From NCBI GenBank assembly GCA_044868145.1, contig JBIOWE010000006.1:218835-282834 (forward strand): a stretch of 64,000 nt of DNA. The letters are read 5' to 3'. Position 1 is the first letter of the stretch; each line of letters starts with the position of its first letter. Below, piece by piece: positions 27,012-36,717 of the stretch. A model generated the notes under the pieces. The model saw only the letters and a program-made list of their open reading frames with translations, was not told the DNA's origin and did no database searches. This stretch comes from Patescibacteria group bacterium. GTDB lineage: Bacteria; Patescibacteriota; Patescibacteriia; UBA10025; JBIOWE01. Made by a program: the position numbers and the translations under genes.

Positions 27012-29756
27012 TTACTTGAGCTGCGTTATTCTTTGACGATGCTCATCAGTGTTTAGCAGGCCGCACTTCTTGTACTTCTTGCCGCTGCCGCACGGGCAAG
27101 GGTCGTTACGTCCGATTTTCTTTCCTTCTGACGTTTTGAGATTGCCGGCGATTGTTTGCGACGTGCCTTTTGGCGTAGGTTGCTGCGTTTGGAGAGGCGA
27201 CGACACGTTTGTTGCTGTTTTTTCCGGCGCGATGAGCGTAACGCCCTGACGCGCTAAGGGTGTCTGGATGGAGGTTTGCGCCAGCGTTATTTTGAAAATC
27301 GAATACGCAATCTGTTTTTGGATGTTGGACATGAGTTCGTTGAATAACCTGTATGCCTCTTTTTTATATTCGACAAGCGGATCGCGCTGACCGTAGCCGC
27401 GCAAGCCAATCCCCTGTCGCAAATGATCCATGATGGTTAAATGTTCGATCCAGAGCGTGTCTATGGTGCGAAGGTACAGTGCATGTTCTATTTGGCGTAT
27501 ACGATTCGCATCCCCGATCGATTTTTCCAGCTGGTCATAGGATAATTGAGCAAGTTGCGTGAAGTACTTCAGTAAGGCGTCGCGCGCATGCATGTCGGAG
27601 GTTTTATCTCCGGCTTTTTCACGAATTTTCTCCATGGCAATGCGCTGCTTTAAATCAATGGGAAATATCGTATCTACCGATTCATAGATTTCATCGATAT
27701 TCCACGTTGCCGCATTATCGGCTGACGTGTGGAAGGAAACGATATGGTCAATTTCATCGTTGATATGGCCCAGAATAATTTGTCGGATTGTCGCGTCTTT
27801 TCTTTGCCCAGCGGAAATTTCCAAGATTTCTCTTCTCCGTTTGTACACAACCGTTCGGTGCTTGTTCATGACGTCATCGTATTCGACCAAGTGCTTGCGA
27901 ATGTCAAAATTATGGCCTTCCACTTTTTTCTGCGCCGCCTCGATTGAACGGCTCACTAACTTATTCTCGATCGGCATGTCATCAGGAATGCCCAGTCTTG
28001 TCATGAGCGTTTTCATTCGGTCCGAGGCAAAGATGCGCATTAAGTCGTCTTCAAGTGAGACGTAGAATTGGGACGATCCTTGATCACCTTGCCTGCCTGA
28101 TCTACCGCGTAATTGGTTATCAATACGCCGGGCCTCGTGACGTTCTGTACCAAGAACGTGTAATCCCCCTAGCTCCTTTACTTTTTGCTGCTCCGCAGGG
28201 TCTTGTGGGTTGCCGCCGAGAATGATGTCAACGCCGCGGCCAGCGATGTTGGTTGCAATCGTAACGCCGCCTAGTTTCCCGGCCTGTGCGATGGTCGCGG
28301 CCTCGCGTTCGTGCTGTTTCGCATTTAAGACGTTATGCGGTATGCCTTGTTGCGTCAAAAGTGCGCTCAAGACTTCATTTCTCTCGATGGAGATAGTGCC
28401 TACGAGAACCGGTTGGCCGAGTTCATGCCGCATTTTAATTTCACGGACGATCGCCTGGAATTTTCCTTCCTCGGTTTTATACACGCGGTCAGGGTCGTCC
28501 TGGCGAATCATTGGTTTATGGGTTGGGACGACAATTACCTCGAGGTTGTAAATTTTGGCGAATTCTTCAGCCTCTGTCGCCGCGGTTCCCGTCATGCCCG
28601 CTAGTTTGCCGTACAAGCGAAAGTAGTTTTGGAACGTAATGGTCGCCAGCGTTTGGCTTTCTTGCTTGATTGAGACATTTTCTTTCGCTTCAATTGCTTG
28701 GTGCAGTCCATCGGAATACCGACGGCCCTGCATTAGCCTGCCCGTAAATTCATCGACGATAATTACTTCCCCGTCCTTCACGACATAATCTCGATCTCGT
28801 TTGAACAATGCTTTTGCGCGCAGCGCTTGTTCGATATGATGAAGCGTTTCGATGCCGCCGGCCTCATAAATATTTTTCATTCCAAGGAATTCTTCCATCC
28901 TAGTTATGCCCTGGTCCGTCAGTGTGGATGCGCGCATTTTTTCGTCAACGTTGTAATCCTGGCCTTCTTGCAGGCGCTCCACAAGCTTCGCGAATCGGTA
29001 ATATTGCTCTGTTGATTCTTCCGCGGGCGCGGAAATAATAAGCGGCGTCCGCGCTTCGTCGATCAAAATGCTGTCTACCTCGTCGACGATGGCGAATACT
29101 AATTCGCGCTGCACCATGTATTCGAGGGTTGGGGCCATGTTGTCTCTCAGGTAGTCGAATCCGAACTCGTTATTGGTTCCATAAAGCACGTCGGAGGCAT
29201 ACGCCTCTTTACGGCTGACCGGGCGAAGATTTTGCATCTCTTGTTTTTCGGTTTGGAAGGTCGGATCAAAGATAAATGCTTGTTCGTGCTGGATGCACCC
29301 AACGCTAATGCCCAGGGTATGATAGACCGGACCCATCCACTGTGTGTCTCGTTTTGCGAGATAGTCGTTTACGGTAATGATGTGAACACATTTTCCCTGC
29401 AAGGTGTTCAGATATGCGGGTAGTGTCGCGACAAGTGTTTTTCCCTCACCCGTTTTCATTTCGGCAATTTTACCATGGTGCAGAACCATACCCCCCATGA
29501 GTTGCACGTCAAAATGTCTCATTTTAATTGATCGTTTTGCTGCCTCTCGGACGCTGGCGAACGCCTCGGGCAGAATTACGTCAAGCCCTTCCTTCTTGTT
29601 GACTCTTTTTCGAAATTCGTCTGTTTTTTGTTTTAATTGTTCTAACGTAAAACTCTCGAACGTATGTTCGAGTTTATTGATGCTATCGACGAGAGGCTGG
29701 AGTTTCTGGGCCTCTCGTTTATTTTGATCTCCAAATAATTTAGCAAAAACTGCCAT
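27012..29756 (-). CDS. secA: Preprotein translocase ATPase SecA
   Basis: EMKTGEGKT, DEVDSILIDEARTPLIIS, ATNIAGRG, RRIDNQLRGRSGRQGD, GRNDPCPCGSGKKYKKC. Confidence 0.99.
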   Translation of the reverse strand: MAVFAKLFGDQNKREAQKLQPLVDSINKLEHTFESFTLEQLKQKTDEFRKRVNKKEGLDVILPEAFASVREAAKRSIKMRHFDVQLMGGMVLHHGKIAEMKTGEGKTLVATLPAYLNTLQGKCVHIITVNDYLAKRDTQWMGPVYHTLGISVGCIQHEQAFIFDPTFQTEKQEMQNLRPVSRKEAYASDVLYGTNNEFGFDYLRDNMAPTLEYMVQRELVFAIVDEVDSILIDEARTPLIISAPAEESTEQYYRFAKLVERLQEGQDYNVDEKMRASTLTDQGITRMEEFLGMKNIYEAGGIETLHHIEQALRAKALFKRDRDYVVKDGEVIIVDEFTGRLMQGRRYSDGLHQAIEAKENVSIKQESQTLATITFQNYFRLYGKLAGMTGTAATEAEEFAKIYNLEVIVVPTHKPMIRQDDPDRVYKTEEGKFQAIVREIKMRHELGQPVLVGTISIERNEVLSALLTQQGIPHNVLNAKQHEREAATIAQAGKLGGVTIATNIAGRGVDIILGGNPQDPAEQQKVKELGGLHVLGTERHEARRIDNQLRGRSGRQGDQGSSQFYVSLEDDLMRIFASDRMKTLMTRLGIPDDMPIENKLVSRSIEAAQKKVEGHNFDIRKHLVEYDDVMNKHRTVVYKRRREILEISAGQRKDATIRQIILGHINDEIDHIVSFHTSADNAATWNIDEIYESVDTIFPIDLKQRIAMEKIREKAGDKTSDMHARDALLKYFTQLAQLSYDQLEKSIGDANRIRQIEHALYLRTIDTLWIEHLTIMDHLRQGIGLRGYGQRDPLVEYKKEAYRLFNELMSNIQKQIAYSIFKITLAQTSIQTPLARQGVTLIAPEKTATNVSSPLQTQQPTPKGTSQTIAGNLKTSEGKKIGRNDPCPCGSGKKYKKCGLLNTDEHRQRITQLK

Positions 29757-29772
29757 GGCTGTCCGTCAATGC

Positions 29773-29800
29773 ATTGTAGCAAATGACAGCGTTTTGGCAA
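29773..29800 (-). promoter_or_regulatory. Putative secA promoter
   Basis: Minus strand TTGCCA-16 bp-TACAAT with TG. Confidence 0.5.
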
Positions 29801-29815
29801 GACGGAGGAGTCGAA

Positions 29816-30712
29816 TCAGCCTGCTGGACGGGAGTTATCCACAGCGAGTTTCATGAAATTGTAGACAAGTTTTGCCGCAAGAAAATTCGGAGCTTCAAGG
29901 CCCGGAATTGGCTTGAGCTCAACGGCGTCCGCGCCGACTATGTTGACAGAACGAAAAACTTTTTCTACGAAATTGAGCACCTCGTACCACCCTAATCCTC
30001 CAGGTTCAGGCGTGCCGACGGATGGCATGATCGATGGGTCGAAGCAATCAAAATCAAAGGTTATGTACACATTTCTCGTTAAACCCTTTAGCACCGTTTT
30101 GAGTGGCGGAATGTTAGGAGCATAATACACGGTCCTGATGCGGTGTTTTCTTATGTACTGTTCTGATTCAGCATTGATATTTCTGATTCCAATGGAAACG
30201 GTGGGGACATTGAGTTCTCTGATCCTCCGCATCACGCAAGCATGGCTCCACTTTGTTCCTTCAAACGAATTGAGGAAATCCGTGTGGGCATCAAAGTGGA
30301 GCACGGAGATGTCTTTGATTTTTTGCTTGACCGCCTTTACGGCGCCGTAGGTAATCGAATGCTCCCCGCCGAGTGTTATCGGAAATTTTCCCTCTCTCAC
30401 TGCTTTGTCCGTGATAACCTGCTGCACACCATCAAGCGCTTTTGCGGGAGAGTCTTTTGAAACGACGATTTCATCAAGGGTGAAAACATCAGTGGACGCG
30501 AGCCCCACAAGTTTATCTTTTTCGGCTGCGTCGAGCATTTCATCAAGATACCGGGAATTTTCGATAATTGAATAGGGCCCCGCGTTTGTACCGGAAGAAA
30601 AAGAAACCGTTCCTTCATACGGTATGGGAAAAATGACAACCTTCGCTTTCTGAAAATCTTGTTTGTGAACCGCGCCAAAATTAAACGGCCACAACTCGTA
30701 GGTTTTAGTCAT
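29816..30712 (-). CDS. speB: Agmatinase
   Basis: [46 protein letters not shown]; coupled to pdaD. Confidence 0.9.
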   Translation of the reverse strand: MTKTYELWPFNFGAVHKQDFQKAKVVIFPIPYEGTVSFSSGTNAGPYSIIENSRYLDEMLDAAEKDKLVGLASTDVFTLDEIVVSKDSPAKALDGVQQVITDKAVREGKFPITLGGEHSITYGAVKAVKQKIKDISVLHFDAHTDFLNSFEGTKWSHACVMRRIRELNVPTVSIGIRNINAESEQYIRKHRIRTVYYAPNIPPLKTVLKGLTRNVYITFDFDCFDPSIMPSVGTPEPGGLGWYEVLNFVEKVFRSVNIVGADAVELKPIPGLEAPNFLAAKLVYNFMKLAVDNSRPAG

Positions 30713-31338
30713 TCCATGAGAAAGACTGCCGCGGCGACAACAGATGTCCAAAGTCCATTTTTGTCACCGATCGCAGACTGTGTAATGTTCATGGTATTGA
30801 CGATTTCGTTGGATATCTTCCAGAGTTCCTTCCGCTCATCATAGGAGACGTTGGGATCGAACTCTACGCCGAGCGTAGTTGCTAGCATCTGCGCTGCGAG
30901 ATCCTCTGCATAGTCCCCGGCTTTTTCTTCGGTTTCACCAAATGGATGGTGTTCCGAAAGATACCCATACTGGCTTTGGTCAGCAGGAATGGCGACGCCA
31001 ATCGAAGCCGCTATCAGTCTATTGGATTCGTACGTTTCGTTCCGTGCCATTACGCAGAAGGTTACCTGACCAGGCATCAATTGCCGCAATCCGTCGTCTT
31101 TGTAAATACGCTTGCACCCGGGAGGTAAAATGGAAGAAACTGTAACCAAGTTGCATTTTTCAATGCCCGCGTCTCGCAAGGCGAGCTCAAACGAAGAAAG
31201 ACGTTCCTTATGCCGGCCGACGCCTCGCGTGAAAAAAACTTTTTTTGGGACAAAGGGTGAATGCGAACTTGCTTTTTCTGCGCTTCCTTCTTCTATTTTT
31301 TTACTCGATTCATGCTCCTTCTGTTGGTTGTTGCTCAT
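30709..31338 (-). CDS. pdaD: Pyruvoyl-dependent arginine decarboxylase
   Basis: [22 protein letters not shown] (Ser-Ser self-cleavage site), [17 protein letters not shown]. Confidence 0.9.
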   Translation of the reverse strand: MSNNQQKEHESSKKIEEGSAEKASSHSPFVPKKVFFTRGVGRHKERLSSFELALRDAGIEKCNLVTVSSILPPGCKRIYKDDGLRQLMPGQVTFCVMARNETYESNRLIAASIGVAIPADQSQYGYLSEHHPFGETEEKAGDYAEDLAAQMLATTLGVEFDPNVSYDERKELWKISNEIVNTMNITQSAIGDKNGLWTSVVAAAVFLME

Positions 31339-31476
31339 TGTCTGTGTTCTTACAATTTCGTGGGTGCAGATTTTATTTCTCAATTGCGTTACTGACCGTG
31401 CTCCCACGTGGTGCGTTGTGGATAACTTTCTTCTGTATCTATTTTACAGTCTTTTTTTTCGCAATACAATAGATTT

Positions 31477-32361
31477 TTAGAAACCTACATATCGAATTTC
31501 TTCCTGAAGTTGGATTCCTTTTGCATCGCGAACTTGTTGCTTAATGAAACTGATCAGCATAACAATTTGTTCTGCCGTCGCACCGCCGAGGTTAACAATA
31601 AAATTTGCATGATCTTCGGATACCTGGGCGCGGCCAATTGTTTTTCCTTTAAGACCAATTTCTTGGATAAGTTTCCCAGAGGACATTCCAGGCGGGTTTT
31701 TAAAAATGCAACCGGCGCACGCGTCGCCCGTGGGTTGCTTGTTTCTTTTTTTGATATAACTGGACATTGTATCGAGTATTTCTTTCTTGGAGGACTTTGA
31801 GAGTTCAAACGTTGCAGACAAAATTACTTCCTTTTCGTTGTGTTTGAACCTTGATATACGATATCCGAATGCGCAGTCTTGGTTTGGAATTTTCATCATC
31901 CTCCGCGTGTTCGTGTCGAAGACCTGTGCAGAAGTAATTTTTTCGCCAATGAATTCCTTCATGGTGCCCGCGTTGCCTGCGACTGCACCGCCGAGTTGAG
32001 CTGGAATGCCCACCATATACTCAAGTCCCGATAATTCATTTTTTGCAAGTTCAACCAAAAAACGCGAGAGCGGAAAGCCCGCTTCGACCGTGACGCTTGT
32101 GTCGTCAATCTGTATTTTCTTATTCGCAGTTTTAATAACAAGCCCGGGGAATCCTTGATCCGATACGAGAACATTACTGCCGGCGCCAAGTAGATAATAT
32201 GGTATTCCATCGTCAAGCGCTGCCTCAAGTGCTTGAACAATCGCATCGCTTGTTTCGGCAATAAGAAAGTATCTTGCCGGTCCACCCACTTTAAAGGTCG
32301 TATATGGGGCAAGCGGTTCGTTTTTTTTCACTCCCAGCAAGTTCACTACGGAGTTTTTCAT
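31477..32361 (-). CDS. murB: UDP-N-acetylenolpyruvoylglucosamine reductase
   Basis: TTFKVGGPA, GAGSNVL, GGAVAGNAG, GCIFKNP, HANFIVN. Confidence 0.96.
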   Translation of the reverse strand: MKNSVVNLLGVKKNEPLAPYTTFKVGGPARYFLIAETSDAIVQALEAALDDGIPYYLLGAGSNVLVSDQGFPGLVIKTANKKIQIDDTSVTVEAGFPLSRFLVELAKNELSGLEYMVGIPAQLGGAVAGNAGTMKEFIGEKITSAQVFDTNTRRMMKIPNQDCAFGYRISRFKHNEKEVILSATFELSKSSKKEILDTMSSYIKKRNKQPTGDACAGCIFKNPPGMSSGKLIQEIGLKGKTIGRAQVSEDHANFIVNLGGATAEQIVMLISFIKQQVRDAKGIQLQEEIRYVGF

Positions 32362-32436
32362 TTCATTGACATTTTACCACGTTTTGATAGTGTTTGGGTA
32401 GAAACGTTCTTTACCAAAAAAAAGGAGGTGATTGTT

Positions 32437-33144
32437 GTGACTGACCCAGAACGTTGGGTGCGAAGTTTTCTTGAAACATTGTCCAACCCACAAGGGAGGC
32501 GGAATGCAATTCTTGCTGCTATTGTTGGTGCTGCTATAGCAGCGTTCCTGCATATTGGCAGAAGGGCTTTCCGATATTTCCTTAACCCCGAACGTCAAAT
32601 GAACCGACTTGCCAATGCCATGGACTCTGCGATTCGACAGTTTCATTCTGTGCAAGCAGTCACAGTTACGCTGCGAAGTTTTTTCGGTAAGAAAATTACT
32701 GTGACAGTGACCGCCCAAACTCTTGCGCAACGTATTAAGGAACAAACAAATAAGCTCTTAAGTCTGAAAGAGCAACAAAAGCTGCGTAATAAAGCATTTA
32801 GGGAGCTGCAGAAGGCCACTGATAAGAGTAAGTACGTTCGGGTCTACAGTGAGTCTGAAGGAAAGCTAACACTTTGGCAGACAAACTGGACAGATGTTCT
32901 GAATGTAAAATCAGATCGGCCTCGTATTATAGAGCCCGGCGATAACATCTCGGAAGGCCAGATCATTGCTAAAGTACACACTGATGATAATCACGTGGTG
33001 AACATCACGAGTCCAGTCAATGGGTGGGTGATGCTGCTCAGGCGGTTAAAAAAAGTCAAGAAAGGCGATGAGATTGCCGTAATCTCGCGCAGTGAGGAGC
33101 AAACTGAACAGCGAGCTACTTCTCCAAGTGAGGTCAAGACATAA
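32437..33144 (+). CDS. Orphan membrane protein with coiled coil and C-terminal biotinyl/lipoyl-like domain
   Basis: AGGAGGT SD then GTG at 32437; TTGACA (32366) and TGnTAGTGT promoter upstream; TM AILAAIVGAAIAAFL; EPGDNISEGQIIAKVHTDD..ITSPVNG..VKKGDEIAVI. Confidence 0.65.
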   Translation: MTDPERWVRSFLETLSNPQGRRNAILAAIVGAAIAAFLHIGRRAFRYFLNPERQMNRLANAMDSAIRQFHSVQAVTVTLRSFFGKKITVTVTAQTLAQRIKEQTNKLLSLKEQQKLRNKAFRELQKATDKSKYVRVYSESEGKLTLWQTNWTDVLNVKSDRPRIIEPGDNISEGQIIAKVHTDDNHVVNITSPVNGWVMLLRRLKKVKKGDEIAVISRSEEQTEQRATSPSEVKT

Positions 33145-33177
33145 AACCCCGCGCAATGTATTCAAGAGCGGGGTTTT
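33143..33177. terminator. Bidirectional terminator-like hairpin
   Basis: AAAACCCCGC..GCGGGGTTTT between convergent genes; overlaps the murC stop. Confidence 0.6.
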
Positions 33178-34559
33178 TCTTTTGACAAAAGTTTCAATAA
33201 ATCATCGCTGATTCGCGTGATCGTTCCGGCGCCCATAGTTATGACGACGTCTTGCGGTTCGAGCCTTGATAGAAGCGCTTTTGGTATTGCGTGGAGGTTC
33301 TTAATGAATTCTGCGTTTTGACCCGATCTTTGCTTTATTGGCGCAACAAGTTTTTTTGCTGAGATACGTCGCTCATTTTCACGGCCTGCGACGTCGTATA
33401 CTTCCGTGAGTATTAGTTTATCCGCGTCTCGAAAGGCGCCCACAAATCCGTCAAATAAGCGTATCGTACGATTATGGCTGTGGGGTTGGTAAATGCACCA
33501 AATACGCCGGTTTGGGAACCGTTGTTTTACCGCAGCCAGCGTTGCTTGTATCTCTGTCGGATGATGCGCATAGTCATCTATTACAGTTATACCGCGTTTC
33601 GTCCCCTTTATTTCGAATCTACGCCAGGCGCCAGCATAGCTTTTAAGCGATTTTCGAATAATATCCTTTGGAATGCCGAGCGCCATGCTCATGATCGCCG
33701 CGGCGGCTGCGTTGGCAATGTTATGTCGACCGGGCACTTGAAGGGTCAGGTTCACTGCGTATTTCCCTTTTAACTCGAACGTGCTGTGCGAAGGTCTCGT
33801 TCTTACAAAACGTATCCCAACATCAGCCTTCCCCATGCCAAAAGTTATGACGCGACAAGACGCTTGCCCGAGAATGCTTCGCACATGAGGGTCGTCGTTA
33901 TTCGCCACCAGGATCCCCTCCTCCGGTAATCGGCGAATGTATGTAGCGAACGTTTGTTTGATATGTTGCACGTTTCTATAGAAGTCCAAATGGTCCGTCT
34001 CGATATTCGTTAGAATAATTGCAGCAGGACGATATGACAAAAAAGCGGCTTTGTATTCATCGCCCTCGACAATCATATATTTTCCTTTGCCATACCGCGC
34101 ATTCCGATCGAGCAAAAGCTTGAGCTTACTTCCTACAATGACCGTTGGATCAAGATACGCCTGAATGAAGATGGTCGCGAGCATGGCCGTGGTAGTCGTT
34201 TTGCCGTGCGTACCGGAGACCGCAATACCGTACTTCCCGTCCATGACTTCTCCGATTGCTTCCGGGTACGTTAGCACTGGGATGTTTTTATGACGAGCTT
34301 TCTGGATGACTGTGCTTTTTTCCGGGACCGCGGTGGAATAAATCAAAGCCTGCGTCGCGGTCGGTAGATAGGTAAGCGATTTTTTTTCGAGTGTAATATG
34401 GTAGCCTAGTTTTTGAAAACGTTCTGTGATTTCAGAGCTAACAATGTCAGCGCCTGTAATCGTTTTTCCCTGCTTGATCAGAATATGTGCGAGCCCAGAA
34501 AGGCCGATTCCGCCAACCCCAACAAGGTGGATTTTTTTGACTTTTCGTAAGGCATTCAT
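33162..34559 (-). CDS. murC: UDP-N-acetylmuramate--L-alanine ligase
   Basis: GVGGIGLSG, SGTHGKTTT, EGDEY, DDYAHHPTE, YQPHS, MGAG. Confidence 0.97.
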   Translation of the reverse strand: MNALRKVKKIHLVGVGGIGLSGLAHILIKQGKTITGADIVSSEITERFQKLGYHITLEKKSLTYLPTATQALIYSTAVPEKSTVIQKARHKNIPVLTYPEAIGEVMDGKYGIAVSGTHGKTTTTAMLATIFIQAYLDPTVIVGSKLKLLLDRNARYGKGKYMIVEGDEYKAAFLSYRPAAIILTNIETDHLDFYRNVQHIKQTFATYIRRLPEEGILVANNDDPHVRSILGQASCRVITFGMGKADVGIRFVRTRPSHSTFELKGKYAVNLTLQVPGRHNIANAAAAAIMSMALGIPKDIIRKSLKSYAGAWRRFEIKGTKRGITVIDDYAHHPTEIQATLAAVKQRFPNRRIWCIYQPHSHNRTIRLFDGFVGAFRDADKLILTEVYDVAGRENERRISAKKLVAPIKQRSGQNAEFIKNLHAIPKALLSRLEPQDVVITMGAGTITRISDDLLKLLSKEKPRS

Positions 34560-35617
34560 GAAGTAATTTGTACAATTTTATTTACTATTTGGGTTGTAGC
34601 GTCCTGAGGAAAGAGGGCGCGGATGTTTTTTCCTAGATTCTGTCTCGCGTTTATATCATCAAGTAGCGTAAGGACTGCCTTTTTCAGGGCGTCCGGACCG
34701 CTTTGTTCATGGACTATAATCGCAGCTTTTTTTCTATGCAAGTAGTCAGCATTCACTTCCTGATGGGTATGTGGCAACGGCACGAGAATAGCCGGCTTGC
34801 TAAGAGCTGCAAATTCTCCAATTGCGCTCATCCCGGCGCGGGAAATAATTACATCTGCAACTGATAGCACATGTTTCATCTGATCGAGCAATAAGGGGTA
34901 CGTGCGGTAATGCGGGTGCTGGAAGGTTGGTCCTGTCTTCTCCGGGCCCAGTATATGGATTACTTGAGCACGTTGAACGAGCGCAGGAGCAATTTTACCA
35001 ACAGAATTGTTAAGCGTTTGTGCTCCGGTTCCTCCTCCTAAGATTAAGAGGGTCGGTAAAGACTTATCTAATTGAAAATAGTTGATTGCTGCCTGTCGGG
35101 ATCCTTCCAAAATGTCCTGCCGGACAGGATTGCCAGTCGCAATTGTTTTTTTTGGCGGAAAGAATCTTGCCGTTTCTTCAACGGTAACAGTTATTACGTT
35201 GGCAAAGAGGGCCGTAAGAATGTTTGAAAGTGAAGGACGGACGTCTTGCTGATGGATAAGAATTTTTTTTCTCAGCACCCACGCTGCCCAGATTACTGGC
35301 ACAGAAACAAATCCGCCAGCGCCAATCACAATGTCTGGACGGAATCGGCCGACGTATACGAGCGCCTGCACAAAGCCCAGAAGCAGTTCGAACGGAGCGA
35401 TAATGGTCCGTACGTCAAGATACCGACGAAGTTTTGCACTGTGAATCCCGACAAACGGAAGATTGTATGACTGGGCAATGGCCCGCTCTGGCATGGCCCG
35501 TTTCGTGCCAATGAAGAGAAAATTCGTATCGGGTTTCTGCTTCCGAAGTGCAACGGCAATGGCAACAAGCGGCATAACAGAGCCCGCAGTACCGCCGCCC
35601 GATAAAATGACTTTCAT
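34556..35617 (-). CDS. murG: Lipid II GlcNAc transferase
   Basis: SGGGTAG, GGFVSVP, TGNPVR, GGGTGA, ISRAG. Confidence 0.95.
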   Translation of the reverse strand: MKVILSGGGTAGSVMPLVAIAVALRKQKPDTNFLFIGTKRAMPERAIAQSYNLPFVGIHSAKLRRYLDVRTIIAPFELLLGFVQALVYVGRFRPDIVIGAGGFVSVPVIWAAWVLRKKILIHQQDVRPSLSNILTALFANVITVTVEETARFFPPKKTIATGNPVRQDILEGSRQAAINYFQLDKSLPTLLILGGGTGAQTLNNSVGKIAPALVQRAQVIHILGPEKTGPTFQHPHYRTYPLLLDQMKHVLSVADVIISRAGMSAIGEFAALSKPAILVPLPHTHQEVNADYLHRKKAAIIVHEQSGPDALKKAVLTLLDDINARQNLGKNIRALFPQDATTQIVNKIVQITS

Positions 35618-36717
35618 GTTTTTCTTTGTCTTGAAATATTTAGGATGATGCCAACAGCGGCAAGGGAAGCAATGAGCGCGGAGCTGCCATAACTGATAAA
35701 TGGTAACGGAATCCCAGTAAGTGGAAGTAATCCGACCATGGCGCCTATATTCACAAACGCCTGGAGGACGAACCAGACGATAACGCCGACAGTAAGGAGT
35801 TTCGCAAACGTGTCCGGCGCTGACCTGGCTATACGCAGGCCGCGGTACATGATGGCAACAAAGAGAATAATAAGACCCGCGGATAAGATTAATCCTAACT
35901 CCTCGGCGATGATAGCAAATATGGAATCCCCCGTTACTTCAGGTAAATAGAGGAATTTTTGTCTTGAGTGGCCAAGTCCCAGCCCGAAAATTCCGCCACT
36001 GCCAATTGCTAGCAGCGCTTGATTGACATGATAACCAATGCCCTGGGGATCGAGAGCGGGATTCAAGAAAACGGTTAGGCGTTCAACGCGATAAGGCGCA
36101 ATGTGTATTAATAATGCGAAAACGCCGACTGCCCCAGTAATGATTACCGCGAGCAGCCGAAATGGCGCGCCGGCCGTGAAGTAGATAGCGAGCGCTATAA
36201 GACTTATGGTAAACATTGTTCCCATGTCGGGTTGAAACATAATCAGAACGATGATAATGCCAACCATCATAAGGAACGGTAAGAACCCATAGCCAGTTTC
36301 TTTTTTGTGCGCCTGCGACTTTTCGAAAAAAGCCGCCAAATAAATAATAAGGGTAAGTTTCAAGAATTCCGACGGTTGGAAAATAACCGAACCGACTTGA
36401 ATCCAACGCCGTGCCCCGCCGTATTCGTAGCCAATTCCAGGGAGCAACACGGCGATCAGCAGTAAGATGTTGAACGCCAGTAGCAGGAAGGCCCACTTTC
36501 GCCATATGCGGTAATCAATTTTGCTCAGAACGAAGAGTAAAAGGCCGCCTATGAGTACGCCATTAAGGATTTGATGCTGCAGGAAATAGTTGCTATTTTG
36601 GAATTTTTCAAAACCAATGACGGAGGAAGCGGAGGCGAGCATAAGTAATCCGATAAGCACAAGGATCACGATGAGTACAAGAAAAATATAGTCGGGTTTT
36701 TTACTTGACCTTGTCAT
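35614..36717 (-). CDS. ftsW: SEDS peptidoglycan polymerase FtsW
   Basis: GARRWI, FQPSEFLK, QPDMGT, YLPEVTGDSIFA, TGIPLPFISYG. Confidence 0.95.
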   Translation of the reverse strand: MTRSSKKPDYIFLVLIVILVLIGLLMLASASSVIGFEKFQNSNYFLQHQILNGVLIGGLLLFVLSKIDYRIWRKWAFLLLAFNILLLIAVLLPGIGYEYGGARRWIQVGSVIFQPSEFLKLTLIIYLAAFFEKSQAHKKETGYGFLPFLMMVGIIIVLIMFQPDMGTMFTISLIALAIYFTAGAPFRLLAVIITGAVGVFALLIHIAPYRVERLTVFLNPALDPQGIGYHVNQALLAIGSGGIFGLGLGHSRQKFLYLPEVTGDSIFAIIAEELGLILSAGLIILFVAIMYRGLRIARSAPDTFAKLLTVGVIVWFVLQAFVNIGAMVGLLPLTGIPLPFISYGSSALIASLAAVGIILNISRQRKT

